Source: Camelus ferus
Lineage: Eukaryota
DNA: 64,000 bases
Assembly: GCF_009834535.1 (NCBI RefSeq)
Contig: NC_045705.1
Location: forward strand, 27,714,001-27,778,000
Direction: 5' to 3'
The position numbers were made by a program, and so were the translations under genes. Shown here one piece after another: positions 63,622-64,000 of the stretch (within the stretch, counting starts at the first letter, position 1; each line of letters starts with the position of its first letter). The notes beneath the pieces were generated by a model. The model was not told where the DNA came from and made no database searches. It worked only from the letters and a program-made list of their open reading frames with translations.

Positions 63622-63828
63622 TCGGGGTCAGGGAACTTTCTCTGTAAAGGGCCGGAGAGTACAAATACAGGCTCTGAGGCCAGCCAGCCTCCTTTGCGGC
63701 CACTCACTCCTGCCACGGTGGCGTGAAGACAGCAACAGAAGTGCCCAAGGGAATGGAAGCGGTGTTCAAGTTTCAGAAACAGGCAGCAGGCTGGATGCGG
63801 CCTGTGAGCCAAAGCTTGCCAGCCCCTG
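63622..63828 (+). mobile_element. MER58A-like hAT-Charlie MITE
   Basis: cggggtcagggaactttctctgtaaagggcc...aaacaggcagcaggctggatgcggcc...ttgccagcccctg. Confidence 0.82.
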
Positions 63829-64000
63829 CTTCAGGTGGTGCGGCCGTCCTTGCAGAGGACACCTTGGCTCTGACAGCACGTCTCACTGTGTGGTCTGTGG
63901 ACAATGTCGGCCACAAACTATTCCTTACACATCTGCAGTGAGACTCAGAGCTTGCACCAGGATGGAAACCAGCAACCTCACCCAGCAGATTGTTTACCCA

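Noticed and set aside
1-64000. A novel multi-gene or prokaryote-like system (CRISPR array, operon, defence island, viral ORFs)
   Set aside because: No regularly spaced repeat-spacer array and no long intact ORF; everything resolves into one spliced mammalian gene plus decayed repeats.

Overview
The window is mammalian genomic DNA covering the central and 3' part of TTC17 (tetratricopeptide repeat domain 17) on the + strand. I traced 14 coding exons (615-62566) by eye. Their splice phases chain into one reading frame matching my recollection of human TTC17 from GNHQICRL... to ...HYAPHQMK; the 5' exons and the last exon(s) lie outside the window. Two tRNA-Ala-derived SINEs with clean target-site duplications, an artiodactyl-type Tigger1 deletion derivative and no recognisable Alu/B1/BovB/PRE point to a camelid genome (inference). 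Introns are filled with old L1, L2, L3/CR1, MIR, MaLR LTRs, hAT/Tc-mariner MITEs and microsatellites. Four N gaps are present, two overlapping coding exons. I see no evidence of a new multi-gene system, CRISPR array or operon-like feature, and nearly all ORF-track entries are non-coding or repeat-derived. The best leads are: a decayed antisense 7SK retrocopy just upstream of the frame-preserving cassette exon, a GC-AG intron, a 172-codon open read-through after the last visible exon, candidate cryptic/poison exons, tandem acceptors, and a 10-nt retrotransposition scar with a 15-bp TSD. Repeat family names and comparisons to human TTC17 and 7SK come from memory, not database searches; repeat boundaries are approximate.
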